Shown here in pieces: positions 1-8,935 of a stretch of DNA of 30,886 nucleotides. The stretch's first letter is position 1. Each line of letters starts with the position of its first letter. The notes below the pieces were generated by a model. That model was not told where the DNA came from and did not search any database. It was given only the letters and a program-made list of their open reading frames with translations. The DNA comes from Candidatus Zixiibacteriota bacterium. Lineage in GTDB: Bacteria > Zixibacteria > MSB-5A5 > CAIYYT01. The DNA is taken from the NCBI GenBank assembly GCA_040235515.1, contig JBECKX010000156.1, positions 1-30,886 of the forward strand, written 5' to 3'. The position numbers and the translations under genes were made by a program.

Positions 1-291
1 CTCAACACACAGCCGCAGGAGCTCAAGTTCCCGACTGAGTTGAAGGTCAACTCGCAGCAATCTGAGAACATAGGAAGTTTCAAAGATACCCTGAAGCAAT
101 TCGTCGACTCGGTCAATGGTCTGCAGCAGCAGGCCGCCGCGGCCGAAACCGGTTTCCTAAACGGAGAAATCACCGATGTCCACCAGGTGATGGTGGCGGT
201 GGAGGAAGCCTCGGTCGCATTCGAGCTGCTGATGGAAATCCGCAACAAGCTGCTGGAAGCCTACCAGCAGATTCAGCGGATGCCGATCTAA
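1..291 (+). CDS. fliE: Flagellar hook-basal body protein FliE (5' end probably outside the window)
   Basis: Frame is open from base 1. Typical FliE C-terminus DVHQVMVAVEEASVAFELLMEIRNKLLEAYQQIQRMPI; lies directly upstream of fliF. Confidence 0.95.
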   Translation, partial: LNTQPQELKFPTELKVNSQQSENIGSFKDTLKQFVDSVNGLQQQAAAAETGFLNGEITDVHQVMVAVEEASVAFELLMEIRNKLLEAYQQIQRMPI

Positions 292-363
292 GCGTGGATT
301 CGGTTCACGGATAACTCAGCGGTATCTGGCTGACGAATTGCCCTTCACGGGGAGCATGGACGC

Positions 364-1893
364 ATGAAGAGGATACTCGAACACTTTTACAAAGTCATCG
401 GCCGGATGACCCCCAGCCAGATCATCATGTTTGTAGCATTGATGGGCGGCCTGGTCCTCGGTACGATATTGATTTTTAACTGGGCCAAGAGCGAGTACTA
501 CGTGCCGCTCTACAGCAATCTCTCTGCGGAGGATGCCGGTCGCATCGTGGAAAGACTCCAGGAAATGGGGGTCTCCTACGAAATCGGCGACAAGGGCGCT
601 TCGATCAACGTGCCCTCGAGCCAGGTCTATGAGACCCGCATGAAACTCGCCAGCGCCGGGCTACCCAGTTCGCAGAACATCGGCTACGCACTCTTCGATG
701 AAACCAACATCGGTGTGACCGATTTCGTGCAGAAAATCAACTACCGGCGTGCCCTCGAGGGTGAACTGGCCAAGACGATCAGCGGCCTCTCGGAGATTTC
801 CGCCGCGCGCGTGCATCTCGTTATCCCGGAAGACAAACTATTCAAAGAAGATGAAAACCCGCCGAGCGCGTCGGTCGTTGTCAAGCTCAGCGGCACCACC
901 CTCACCCGCAGACAGGTCAACGGCATCGCCTACCTGGTTGCTTCGTCGGTGGAGGGGATGTCTGCCGAGAACGTGACCATCGTCGACTACAACGGCAACA
1001 TGCTCAGTTCGCAACAGTCCGCCGATCCGGCCGCGACGCTGACCGCCAGCCAGTTCGAGATGCGCAAAAACGTCGAGAGCTACCTGGAACAGAAGGCGCA
1101 ATCGCTCTTGAACAGCGTGATCGGACCGGGGCACTCGATCGTGCGTGTAACCGCCGATCTCAATTTCGAACAGAACAGCACCCAGATCGAAGAATACGAT
1201 CCCGACCAGGTCGCGATCCGCTCAGAACAGCGCTCCTCCAAAGAGGGCAACGAGTCTCAGGCGGAGCCGGGTCAGCCCCCGACAACAACTATGTCAAGCT
1301 CAGATGATGCCACAGATATCATCACCAACTACGAAGTCTCACGCACCGTCCGCAACATCATCGGTGAAGTCGGCAGCATCAAACGCCTGACCGTCGCAGT
1401 GATGATCGATGGCAGCTATGAAGAAACGACCTCACCCGAGGGTGAAGTCACCGAGCAATTCATCGAGCGTTCACCGGAAGAACTGCAGCGACTCGCCGGA
1501 ATCATCCAGAACGCCGTAGGCTTCGCGGAAGCCCGTAGCGATAAATTCGATATCGTCTCCGTCCCATTCAGCAAGAGCTTCCTCGAAGATAGCCGCGAGG
1601 AACTCGACACCATGTCGCAATGGAGCATGTACATCGAGTGGGGCAAGAAAATCGGACTCGTCCTTCTTCTGATCGCGCTCTTCTTCTACGGCAAGAAGAA
1701 AATGGTGAAGGTGTTCAAGGCGATTGCGGCCTACATCCCGCCACCGCCGCCACCGCAACAAATCCTGGCCGAAGAGATGATTTCGCAGAAACCACAGAAA
1801 CCGAAACTGATCGATACCATGCGCGAGCAGACCAAAGGCAAGAATGAAGAGATTGCCAAAGTGATCAAGACGATCATGACGGAAAGCGAATAG
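364..1893 (+). CDS. fliF: Flagellar MS-ring protein FliF
   Basis: N-terminal TM helix, YRRALEGELAKTI...ARVHLVIP..LF motif, TNYEVSRT, RLTVAVMIDG, C-terminal TM helix; fliE-F-G synteny. Confidence 0.97.
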   Translation: MKRILEHFYKVIGRMTPSQIIMFVALMGGLVLGTILIFNWAKSEYYVPLYSNLSAEDAGRIVERLQEMGVSYEIGDKGASINVPSSQVYETRMKLASAGLPSSQNIGYALFDETNIGVTDFVQKINYRRALEGELAKTISGLSEISAARVHLVIPEDKLFKEDENPPSASVVVKLSGTTLTRRQVNGIAYLVASSVEGMSAENVTIVDYNGNMLSSQQSADPAATLTASQFEMRKNVESYLEQKAQSLLNSVIGPGHSIVRVTADLNFEQNSTQIEEYDPDQVAIRSEQRSSKEGNESQAEPGQPPTTTMSSSDDATDIITNYEVSRTVRNIIGEVGSIKRLTVAVMIDGSYEETTSPEGEVTEQFIERSPEELQRLAGIIQNAVGFAEARSDKFDIVSVPFSKSFLEDSREELDTMSQWSMYIEWGKKIGLVLLLIALFFYGKKKMVKVFKAIAAYIPPPPPPQQILAEEMISQKPQKPKLIDTMREQTKGKNEEIAKVIKTIMTESE

Positions 1894-1894
1894 T

Positions 1895-2914
1895 ATGGCG
1901 ACGATTACTTACGAGAACTTGACCCCGGTGCAGAAAGCCGCGATCGCGTTGATCGCGTTCGGTACCGAAGTCTCGGCTGAAGTGCTCAAAAGCCTCTCCG
2001 ATTCCGAACTGGAACGAATCACCATCGAAATCGCAAACATGCGCGATGTGCCCGCCGAGGTCGAGGAACAGGTTGTCCGCGACTGCTACGACATCTTTCT
2101 CGCGCGTGAGTATATCTCAACCGGTGGCGTCGATTACGCACGCGATCTGCTTGAACGCGCGGTCGGCGGCAGTCGGGCCGTCGAAATTCTCAAACGCCTT
2201 GAAGGTTCACTTGTCTCGTCCGGCTTCAATCTCCTCAAGGGGATCGACCCGAAGCAGCTGGTCAACTATATCCAGAACGAGCACCCGCAAACGATCGCAC
2301 TGATCATGACACAACTCTCACCGCAACAGGCGGCAGGGGTGCTGGCTGAGTTTCCGCCCGAACTGCAGTCCGAGGTCTCGATGCGTATCGCCACAATGGA
2401 AAAGATTTCACCTGAGGTGCTGAAAGATATCGAGGCCACACTCGACATGCACTTCTCAGGCTCCGTGTTCCGCGAGAGCAAACAATCTGGCGGAGCAAAG
2501 TCACTGGCGGATATCCTCAACCTCGTGGAAACCTCCGCCGAGAAACATATTCTGCAGTCACTCGAGGCCGAGAACCCCGACATGGCGGCGGAAATCAAGA
2601 ACATGATGTTCGTCTTCGAGGACATCGTCCTGCTCGACGATCGTTCGATCCAGCGCCTCCTCAAAGAGATTGAAACCAAAGATATCGCCATCGCCCTCAA
2701 GGCCGCCTCCGACGAGGTCAAGAACAAGATCTACTCCAACGTCAGCGAGCGTGTCTCTGTTATGATCAAGGAAGAAATCGAGTTCATGGGGCCGATGCGC
2801 CTCTCCGATGTGGAAGCGGCACAGCAGCGAATCGTCGAAACGATCCGTCGCCTCGAGGAAGAAGGCCAACTCGTGATCTCTGGACGCGGAGGCAAGGAAG
2901 ATGTCGTCGTCTAG
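1895..2914 (+). CDS. fliG: Flagellar motor switch protein FliG
   Basis: QKAAIALI, GGVDYA, EHPQTIALI, MFVFEDI, GPMRLSDVEAAQQRI motifs. Confidence 0.98.
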   Translation: MATITYENLTPVQKAAIALIAFGTEVSAEVLKSLSDSELERITIEIANMRDVPAEVEEQVVRDCYDIFLAREYISTGGVDYARDLLERAVGGSRAVEILKRLEGSLVSSGFNLLKGIDPKQLVNYIQNEHPQTIALIMTQLSPQQAAGVLAEFPPELQSEVSMRIATMEKISPEVLKDIEATLDMHFSGSVFRESKQSGGAKSLADILNLVETSAEKHILQSLEAENPDMAAEIKNMMFVFEDIVLLDDRSIQRLLKEIETKDIAIALKAASDEVKNKIYSNVSERVSVMIKEEIEFMGPMRLSDVEAAQQRIVETIRRLEEEGQLVISGRGGKEDVVV

Positions 2915-3554
2915 AGTCTTCTCAAGGTTTGCCCTCGCCAGCGACAAGGTGCCCGTCGGGACCCAGGATTTCGTTACCCGCTATCGCAAGGAAGTCGAAG
3001 AGGGCTCGGAGCTGGGTCGCCGGATCAAAGAGCTTGAACAGAAGCACCAGGTCGAGCTGCGCGAAGCCTTTGACCGCGGTCGCAGGGAGGGTGAAGCAGC
3101 CGCCACCAGGGTCGGGGAACAGAAACTCCAACAATTCGATGCTCAGTTCCGACAACTGATGCAGCAGCTCGTCAGCTATCGTGAGACCCTCTACACGCAG
3201 GCGCGTCAGCAACTCTTCGAGTTTTCCTTCAAGCTGGCTAACACCATCACCACTGCGCGTGGCGAAGCGGAGGAATCCGAAGTGCTTAACACGATCGACA
3301 AATGTCTGCATGAAATCCTCGACAAGTCAAAGCTAAGGATCAGGGTGCATCCCGCCGCCGCCGGTTATGTCAAAGATCATATCGACCAGCTTGCCAATCT
3401 CGATTCGATCAACTCGACTATTTCAGTCGAGCCCGATTCGCGAATTTCTGCCGGCGGCTGCGTCATCGAAACCGATTCCGGGTCGGCCGATGCCACGCTG
3501 GAATCCCAACTGGATGAGCTGAAGCAAAGTTTACTGAAGCTCGACAGCAAATAG
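2901..3554 (+). CDS. fliH: Flagellar assembly protein FliH
   Basis: AFDRGRREG (AxxxGxxxG) segment; C-terminal IRVHP...DSRISAGGCVIETDSGSADA; lies between fliG and fliI. Confidence 0.93.
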   Translation: MSSSRVFSRFALASDKVPVGTQDFVTRYRKEVEEGSELGRRIKELEQKHQVELREAFDRGRREGEAAATRVGEQKLQQFDAQFRQLMQQLVSYRETLYTQARQQLFEFSFKLANTITTARGEAEESEVLNTIDKCLHEILDKSKLRIRVHPAAAGYVKDHIDQLANLDSINSTISVEPDSRISAGGCVIETDSGSADATLESQLDELKQSLLKLDSK

Positions 3555-3560
3555 GCCACC

Positions 3561-4967
3561 ATGTCGAAGCTGATCGATTTTACACCATACAGTCGAGCTA
3601 TCGAACGGGTGAACCCCGTTTGCCTCGATGGTCGGGTCGCACGAGTGATCGGGCTGATCATCGAGTCAATCGGTCCCCAGGCCTCGCTGGGAGAACTCTG
3701 CAAAATCTATCGCAGGAACTATCCCGAACCGGTGCTGGCCGAGGTAGTCGGCTTCCGAGATAATTTCGTTTTGCTGATGCCTTACGGCGAACTGGAGGGG
3801 ATCAATCCCGGCGCGGTCGTTCGCGCTACCGGCTCGGTGCTGCAGGTACCCGCCGGTGAACAAATGCTCGGGCGCGTTCTCAACGGCCTCGGCAAACCGA
3901 TCGATGATCTGGGGCAGATTTCCACCGACACGAATCGACCAATTACCGCCAGGGCTCCACACCCGCTCAAACGTCAGCGGATCACGGAACAGCTACTCAC
4001 CGGAATCACGGCAATCGACCTGTTCGCCAGCTGTGGCAAGGGACAGCGACTGGGAATCTTCGCCGGTTCCGGCGTCGGCAAATCTGTTACCCTCGGTATG
4101 ATTGCCCGCTACTCCAGCGCATCGATCAACGTAATCGGTTTGATCGGAGAACGTGGGCGCGAAGTCAGAGAATTCATCGAGCATGAGTTAGGCCCCGAAG
4201 GGTTGAAGCGCTCCGTTGTCGTTGCGGTTACATCGGATGAACCCGCCCTGATGAAACTGAAGGGCGCCATGACCGCCACAGCGATCGCCGAGTATTTCCG
4301 CGATCAGGGGCATGATGTCATGTTGATGCTCGATTCTGTAACGCGCGTCGCGATGGCACAGCGGGAGATCGGTCTCGCCGTCGGTGAACCACCGGCCACC
4401 AAGGGCTACACCCCGTCCGTCTTCGCATTCTTGCCGAAACTGTTGGAACGCGCCGGGGCAGGGGAGCGTGGCTCGATCACGGGCCTCTATACGATCCTGG
4501 TGGAAGGGGATGACTTCAACGAACCGATATCAGACACCGTCAGGTCTATCCTCGATGGCCACGTCACCCTCTCGCGCCGACTTGCGCAGCGTAAACAATA
4601 CCCCGCCGTGGACGTGCTCGATTCTATCTCGCGCGTGATGGTCAACATCGTGCCGAAAGAACATAGCGAAGTTGCAGGGGATGCTCGACGATTGCTGGCC
4701 ACTTTTCGGGAGAACGAAGACCTGATCAACATCGGCGCCTACTCTCGCGGGTCCTCGAAAGAAATCGATACGGCAATTGCCAGGACACCGAAGATCAACG
4801 AACTCCTGCGCCAGGACCTCAGCGACCCAAAACGAGATTTCACCAAAGACCTCATGGCTCTGAAAGCGATAGTCCAGAATGAAGAAGTTCAGCTTCCGAC
4901 TGCAGAAGCTGCTCCAGCTAAAGGAGCACCGAAAGCTGCAGCAACAAAAGCAATTGGCAAACGCTGA
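3561..4967 (+). CDS. fliI: Flagellar export ATPase FliI
   Basis: Walker A AGSGVGKS, GERGREV, DSVTRVAMAQREIG, GEPPATKGYTPS, SILDGH motifs. Confidence 0.98.
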   Translation: MSKLIDFTPYSRAIERVNPVCLDGRVARVIGLIIESIGPQASLGELCKIYRRNYPEPVLAEVVGFRDNFVLLMPYGELEGINPGAVVRATGSVLQVPAGEQMLGRVLNGLGKPIDDLGQISTDTNRPITARAPHPLKRQRITEQLLTGITAIDLFASCGKGQRLGIFAGSGVGKSVTLGMIARYSSASINVIGLIGERGREVREFIEHELGPEGLKRSVVVAVTSDEPALMKLKGAMTATAIAEYFRDQGHDVMLMLDSVTRVAMAQREIGLAVGEPPATKGYTPSVFAFLPKLLERAGAGERGSITGLYTILVEGDDFNEPISDTVRSILDGHVTLSRRLAQRKQYPAVDVLDSISRVMVNIVPKEHSEVAGDARRLLATFRENEDLINIGAYSRGSSKEIDTAIARTPKINELLRQDLSDPKRDFTKDLMALKAIVQNEEVQLPTAEAAPAKGAPKAAATKAIGKR

Positions 4968-5352
4968 GCGTGTGCGGCGCATGGAGGAGGCCCACCAGCA
5001 GATGCTTCAGAAGAAAATGGAGCATGAAGTGGAGAGTCTCAAACTACCGCAGGACACGTCCGTTACCCTCGAAAGACACCGCAGGTCAGTCCTGTATCAG
5101 CAGAAACTTCAGGCGAACATGCAGACGCAAACCAAGGTGATCGCCAACGCCAGGCAATTCGAGGAACAGAGTCGTGAACAATTGGTGGAAGCTACCAGAA
5201 ATGAGAAAATCTACCAGCGGCTCAAGGAGAAGCAACTCGAGGCTTACCTGAAGGAACTCGATCAGCTGCAACAAAAAGAAACGGATGAGATTGCCGCGAA
5301 CATCAGCCGTCGCGGCGAGGACTCCTCAAAGAAAAACCCCCACCAGGATTGA
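4879..5352 (+). CDS. fliJ: Flagellar export protein FliJ
   Basis: N-terminal MKKFSFRLQKLL and C-terminal QQKETDEIA motifs, coiled-coil; follows fliI and overlaps it by 89 nt. Confidence 0.92.
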   Translation: MKKFSFRLQKLLQLKEHRKLQQQKQLANAERVRRMEEAHQQMLQKKMEHEVESLKLPQDTSVTLERHRRSVLYQQKLQANMQTQTKVIANARQFEEQSREQLVEATRNEKIYQRLKEKQLEAYLKELDQLQQKETDEIAANISRRGEDSSKKNPHQD

Positions 5353-5365
5353 TGGGGGTTCTTCC
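5328..5365 (-). terminator. Intrinsic terminator of the minus-strand secreted-protein gene, overlapping the fliJ 3' end (possibly bidirectional)
   Basis: On the - strand GAAGAACCCCCAUCA-AUCC-UGGUGGGGGUUUUUC forms a 15-bp stem (two G-U pairs) ending in UUUUUCUUU. On + the same two positions are mismatches. Confidence 0.75.
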
Positions 5366-5422
5366 TTCTGCAACGCTTCTCGCATGGCGTCTTGGGTATT
5401 TACATCATGTCAGGGTACGACC

Positions 5423-7501
5423 CTACTTCATCATCAACATCTTGCGAGTCTCGGTGAATTCCGATGTGCTGATGCGGTAGAAGTAAACGCCGCTCTGTAC
5501 CGTGCGACCGGAAGAATCGGTTCCATCCCACACAACCCGCTTGTTGCCGGCGCTCAGTGACTCATCTATCAGTGTCGTCACCTTCTGACCGAGAACATTG
5601 TATACCGTCAGAGAAACAACCGCCGGCTTCGGCAAGTTGAATTCAATCGCGGTCGTCGGATTGAAGGGGTTCGGATAGTTCTGCGCCAGGCTGAACTCTG
5701 TCGGCAGCGCTCCACCAATGTCATCGACATCGGTTGACTGATCCACCGTGAGTTGTACATAAACCGTGTCCTGATCATCCTCGATGCTGAGCTTCGGAGT
5801 GATCTGTCTGACGATAATGATCGCCTGATAATCGCCCGGAAGCAGCGAGCCGATTTCGATATTGACGGTCACGTCGGAGGGTGATGTCCCGCTCGTCGCC
5901 GAGAGCGACATCCACGCAGAGGTCTCGGATGCGGACCAGTCGAACTCTACACCTGACGGACTACCGTTCGAGATATTGAAAGACTGCGACTCCGGATTCT
6001 CGCCCATCGCGACGAAGAAGAGCGAATCGGGGTCAAGGATGATGTCAACGTCATCGATGATCGTCACTTCAACGGCAATCGTCTGCGGCGAGTTGTCCGC
6101 TTCGGCCGAAGTGATCGTAATCGTCGCCGTGTGGGTTCCGATGTCGAGCGCAGCGGCATCGATGCTCACGTCGAATCCTGACGGAGCTGCACCGCTCGTG
6201 GCGCTCAGCCCGACCCACGTCTCCGAGGCTGCGGCGTTCCAGTTGAGGTCTCCGGTGCCGCTATTGGTCACGATGATTGTCTGGTCAGCCGGATCAGGAC
6301 CGCCCTGGTAACCATCGAAGAATAGACTGTCTTCATTGAGCGTAATATGGGCTACCGCCGAGGCGATGCTGAAGGTCGCGGCATCACCGTCGCTTGCCGT
6401 ACCCGGATCGGTGGCAGTGAACGTGATAGTCTCACTTCCTGACCAGTCCGCTGACGGCTTGGTAATCGTTGCCACATGGTTGCCATCGATCGTCACCGTC
6501 AAGTCGGTGTTGCCACTATATGTCCAACTGATCTCGGCATCGCTGTGGTCGGGATCCGAAACATAGTCATCCAGATCGAAGGTCGCGAATTCTGCGCCAT
6601 AGGGGAGCGACTGATCCGGTATGTCCGCCACGACCGGCGGATCGTTGACCGGGGTCACCGTGAAGCTGGCGGTATCGGAATCGAACAGGCCACCCGGGTC
6701 GGTCGCGGTGAAGATAATATTGGCGCTGCCGCTGAACTCGCCGCCGGGATGAGTGACCGTAGCAACTCGGCTTCCGTCGATACTCACGCTAAAATCGCCA
6801 TTGTCAGACGAAGCCGTCCAGCTCATGTCAGCATCGGCATCCTCGGCGTCAGTGACAAAGTCGTCAAGATTGATTTGTGCGAAGGTCGAGCCCTCATCGA
6901 TCGTCTGGTCTCCAATCCCTGCAACCACAGGAGCGGTGTTGGAGGAGACATCGCAGCCGCCACCAATGCTGATATCACCATCACCACAGTCAACGTAGCC
7001 CGGGGTGACTGATCCACCAGCCTGCGGGGACACGACGAACACTCCCGCCGGCGGCACGAAGACCGAGTCGATATTCACGCACTGTGCGGCGGTACCGTTC
7101 GGAACCTGAAACCAGATGGTAAGCAGGTGAGCCGGTGTGCTGTGGGCCGGCAACGGAAGTGAAGGAATGAAATTCAGCATTCCAATCAAGACCTGGTTGC
7201 TGGCAGGGCGATTGTCGGTGAGCACGGTAATCGAACCACCAAAGCTCAACGCCGGACCCTGTGAAACCGAACTGATCTCGATATCTGGAGAATTGTGTTC
7301 GAAGCCGAGTGAGAAACCACCCAGCGGATCATCATTTTGAAGGTAAATCTTTACGCCGATCGAATCACCATCCGGGCTCGGTACTTCCACCGGGCACTCA
7401 ACAGAAATGGTGTTGGTTGCGAAAAGTACGTCGGTCATCGCGAAGGTCGAGAATAGAGCCATCGCAACGATCATTAAGGTTGTCGTGAGCAGTTTGCGCA
7501 T
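5423..7501 (-). CDS. Secreted surface protein: signal peptide, cohesin-like domain, 2 cadherin/tandem-95-like Ig repeats, 2 BACON-like repeats, C-terminal FlgD-Ig/T9SS-type sorting domain (692 aa)
   Basis: Start moved to 7501 because of AGGAGGT-N8-ATG and the signal peptide MRKLLTTTLMIVAMALFS. Repeats NTAPVV..LDDFVTD..FTATDPG / NDPPVV..LDDYVSD..FTATDPG and DSLFF..W..LSATSG (x2). C-terminus LAQNYPNPFNPTT...YNVLGQKV...WDG..SGVYFYR..RKMLMMK. Confidence 0.85.
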   Translation of the reverse strand: MRKLLTTTLMIVAMALFSTFAMTDVLFATNTISVECPVEVPSPDGDSIGVKIYLQNDDPLGGFSLGFEHNSPDIEISSVSQGPALSFGGSITVLTDNRPASNQVLIGMLNFIPSLPLPAHSTPAHLLTIWFQVPNGTAAQCVNIDSVFVPPAGVFVVSPQAGGSVTPGYVDCGDGDISIGGGCDVSSNTAPVVAGIGDQTIDEGSTFAQINLDDFVTDAEDADADMSWTASSDNGDFSVSIDGSRVATVTHPGGEFSGSANIIFTATDPGGLFDSDTASFTVTPVNDPPVVADIPDQSLPYGAEFATFDLDDYVSDPDHSDAEISWTYSGNTDLTVTIDGNHVATITKPSADWSGSETITFTATDPGTASDGDAATFSIASAVAHITLNEDSLFFDGYQGGPDPADQTIIVTNSGTGDLNWNAAASETWVGLSATSGAAPSGFDVSIDAAALDIGTHTATITITSAEADNSPQTIAVEVTIIDDVDIILDPDSLFFVAMGENPESQSFNISNGSPSGVEFDWSASETSAWMSLSATSGTSPSDVTVNIEIGSLLPGDYQAIIIVRQITPKLSIEDDQDTVYVQLTVDQSTDVDDIGGALPTEFSLAQNYPNPFNPTTAIEFNLPKPAVVSLTVYNVLGQKVTTLIDESLSAGNKRVVWDGTDSSGRTVQSGVYFYRISTSEFTETRKMLMMK

Positions 7502-7506
7502 ACGAG

Positions 7507-7551
7507 TGCACCTCCTACAGAAGTTTCTTCTCATCACTCCCTGTAGATGCA
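7507..7551 (-). promoter_or_regulatory. Hairpin sequestering the Shine-Dalgarno of the secreted-protein gene
   Basis: On - strand UGCAUCU.ACAGGG can pair with UUCUGU.(AGG).AGGUGCA, covering AGGAGGU. Confidence 0.4.
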
Positions 7552-7698
7552 AACGACGTGCTAAAATCGAAATTCCCTGAATCTGAAACCTGATTTCCGT
7601 GCAGCGGTCGCAAACTGTTCTGATGCAGACTCTTGCCCGGTACCGGGAGTCGTGCCGCCGCTGCTCAATGCTTGAACAGGCACGGTTTGCTTAGTGAA

Positions 7699-7724
7699 GT
7701 AGTTTGCACCATAGGTGCAACTAC
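7699..7724. promoter_or_regulatory. Inverted repeat, candidate operator in the divergent intergenic region
   Basis: GTAGT-TTGCACC-ATA-GGTGCAA-CTAC; perfect 7-3-7 core at 7704-7720. Confidence 0.4.
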
Positions 7725-7865
7725 GACGGTGCAGATTTCACTTGTTTGGCTCATTCACTCATTGTATGTAAAGCATCATAACAGCCAATTCTGCGGTTAA
7801 GAAGATGGGCGGTTCTTGATTGCTACCCCGCCCGCTTTGATTCACGTGAGACTTGTGAGGGATTC

Positions 7866-8801
7866 ATGAAAAGCCGGAATATCCTGCAAACTAAAGCGAT
7901 ACTGACTCTAACGTTTGTATTCACATTACTGATACTCTCGTGTGGCGGAGAGGCCGAGGACTCCTCCAGCGATTCCACGAAAGCTGTTCCCGAAGTCTTT
8001 CAAGGCGCCGAGCAAAAAGTTGTTCAGCAACTCTTCAAGATCTGGCAAGTCGACGGACATATCGGCTCGTTCGAGGAAGCGGCGCGCATGGCCGGAGTGA
8101 CAATCACCGATTCGATGCGCGCTGATATGCTGCACAAGATGGAATCTAACCTGATGATGCACGATATGGTTGCCGCTTATCGTCCTTACATATTCACCCT
8201 GACCAACCAGGAAAAACGAATCGCCGGCTATATCCGCCACTATGAACAATCCAAAGGCGAGTTCCCGCCACTCGATTCGGTCGTGGCCACCACCGGATAC
8301 TCACCCGATGAAATCAAATCGCGACTCCAGTTTCTCTCGCGGCTGGAGATGTTCTATGACCTGGGCGCGCCTGACGAGTACAATCAACTTGGCTTCTCCT
8401 ATGGATCAAAACTGACCAATTTCACATTTGATCTGGGGACCCACCTGCATGTCATGAAACCCGCCGGTGGCTCAGAATTCAACGCCGGTTGCGCAAAAGA
8501 GGCGCTGGTCATCGTTGCCAAAGAGTATCGTGATGGGGAAGTGACCTTTAACACCTTTGACCCCTTCTCACTGGAACCGATCACCGTCAACTTCAAGGAT
8601 GGTGAGGTTGCCTCAGTCGATCCCGAAACCTCTGTCCTTTTTACGGGTGGCACCTGCGGCACCAACAACATGTTCACTTCCAGGGGGCATGCCGAAAACT
8701 ACGCTGCACACTTCCCGCAGTTCCAGGGACAGAGGCTGCAAATCTTGCCTGTAGCTGATGCACTTGCCGAGGTAAAGCAGGCAGTCGCCGGAAGTAACTG
8801 A
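7866..8801 (+). CDS. Lipoprotein with a winged-helix-like region and a C-terminal MerB (organomercurial lyase)-like domain
   Basis: Lipobox ILS-C26 after a hydrophobic stretch. GCAKEAL ~ MerB WCALDTL; DPFSLEPITV ~ CAATGAPVSL; VASVDP ~ IQAVEP; TCGTNNMFTSRGHAENYA ~ FCCHVHFFASVPTAEDWA; ILPVADAL ~ IVSVHEAF. MerB segments recalled and aligned by eye. Confidence 0.72.
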   Translation: MKSRNILQTKAILTLTFVFTLLILSCGGEAEDSSSDSTKAVPEVFQGAEQKVVQQLFKIWQVDGHIGSFEEAARMAGVTITDSMRADMLHKMESNLMMHDMVAAYRPYIFTLTNQEKRIAGYIRHYEQSKGEFPPLDSVVATTGYSPDEIKSRLQFLSRLEMFYDLGAPDEYNQLGFSYGSKLTNFTFDLGTHLHVMKPAGGSEFNAGCAKEALVIVAKEYRDGEVTFNTFDPFSLEPITVNFKDGEVASVDPETSVLFTGGTCGTNNMFTSRGHAENYAAHFPQFQGQRLQILPVADALAEVKQAVAGSN

Positions 8802-8866
8802 AGTAACCGGCGTGTCAATAGCCGGCCGCCCACGGTGGGGCGTCACCGGTCAAAATCTGAATGTTA

Positions 8867-8894
8867 GCGGGGTACTCTTGATGGAGTACCCTGC
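8867..8894 (+). terminator. Strong hairpin between the convergent lipoprotein and porin genes
   Basis: GCGGGGTACTCT-TGAT-GGAGTACCCTGC, a 12-bp stem with G-U pairs on +, followed by a weak U-tract GATTGTT. Confidence 0.5.
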
Positions 8895-8935
8895 GATTGT
8901 TCCAGCCACGCTGTTCCCGCATCGCTGGTTTAAGC

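Noticed and set aside
5423..5720. FlgD Ig-like domain suggesting flgD after fliJ
   Set aside because: Opposite strand, no FlgD N-terminal hook-capping motif, and it ends a signal-peptide protein; it is the NYPNPFN sorting-type domain.
7678..7692. Sigma54-like GGCACGGTTTGC
   Set aside because: GG-to-GC spacing is 8 nt rather than the required 10.
7866..8801. Calling this gene merB / mercury resistance
   Set aside because: It has a lipoprotein signal and an Asp-to-Glu change, and no mer genes or MerR-type promoter were seen; function is unproven.
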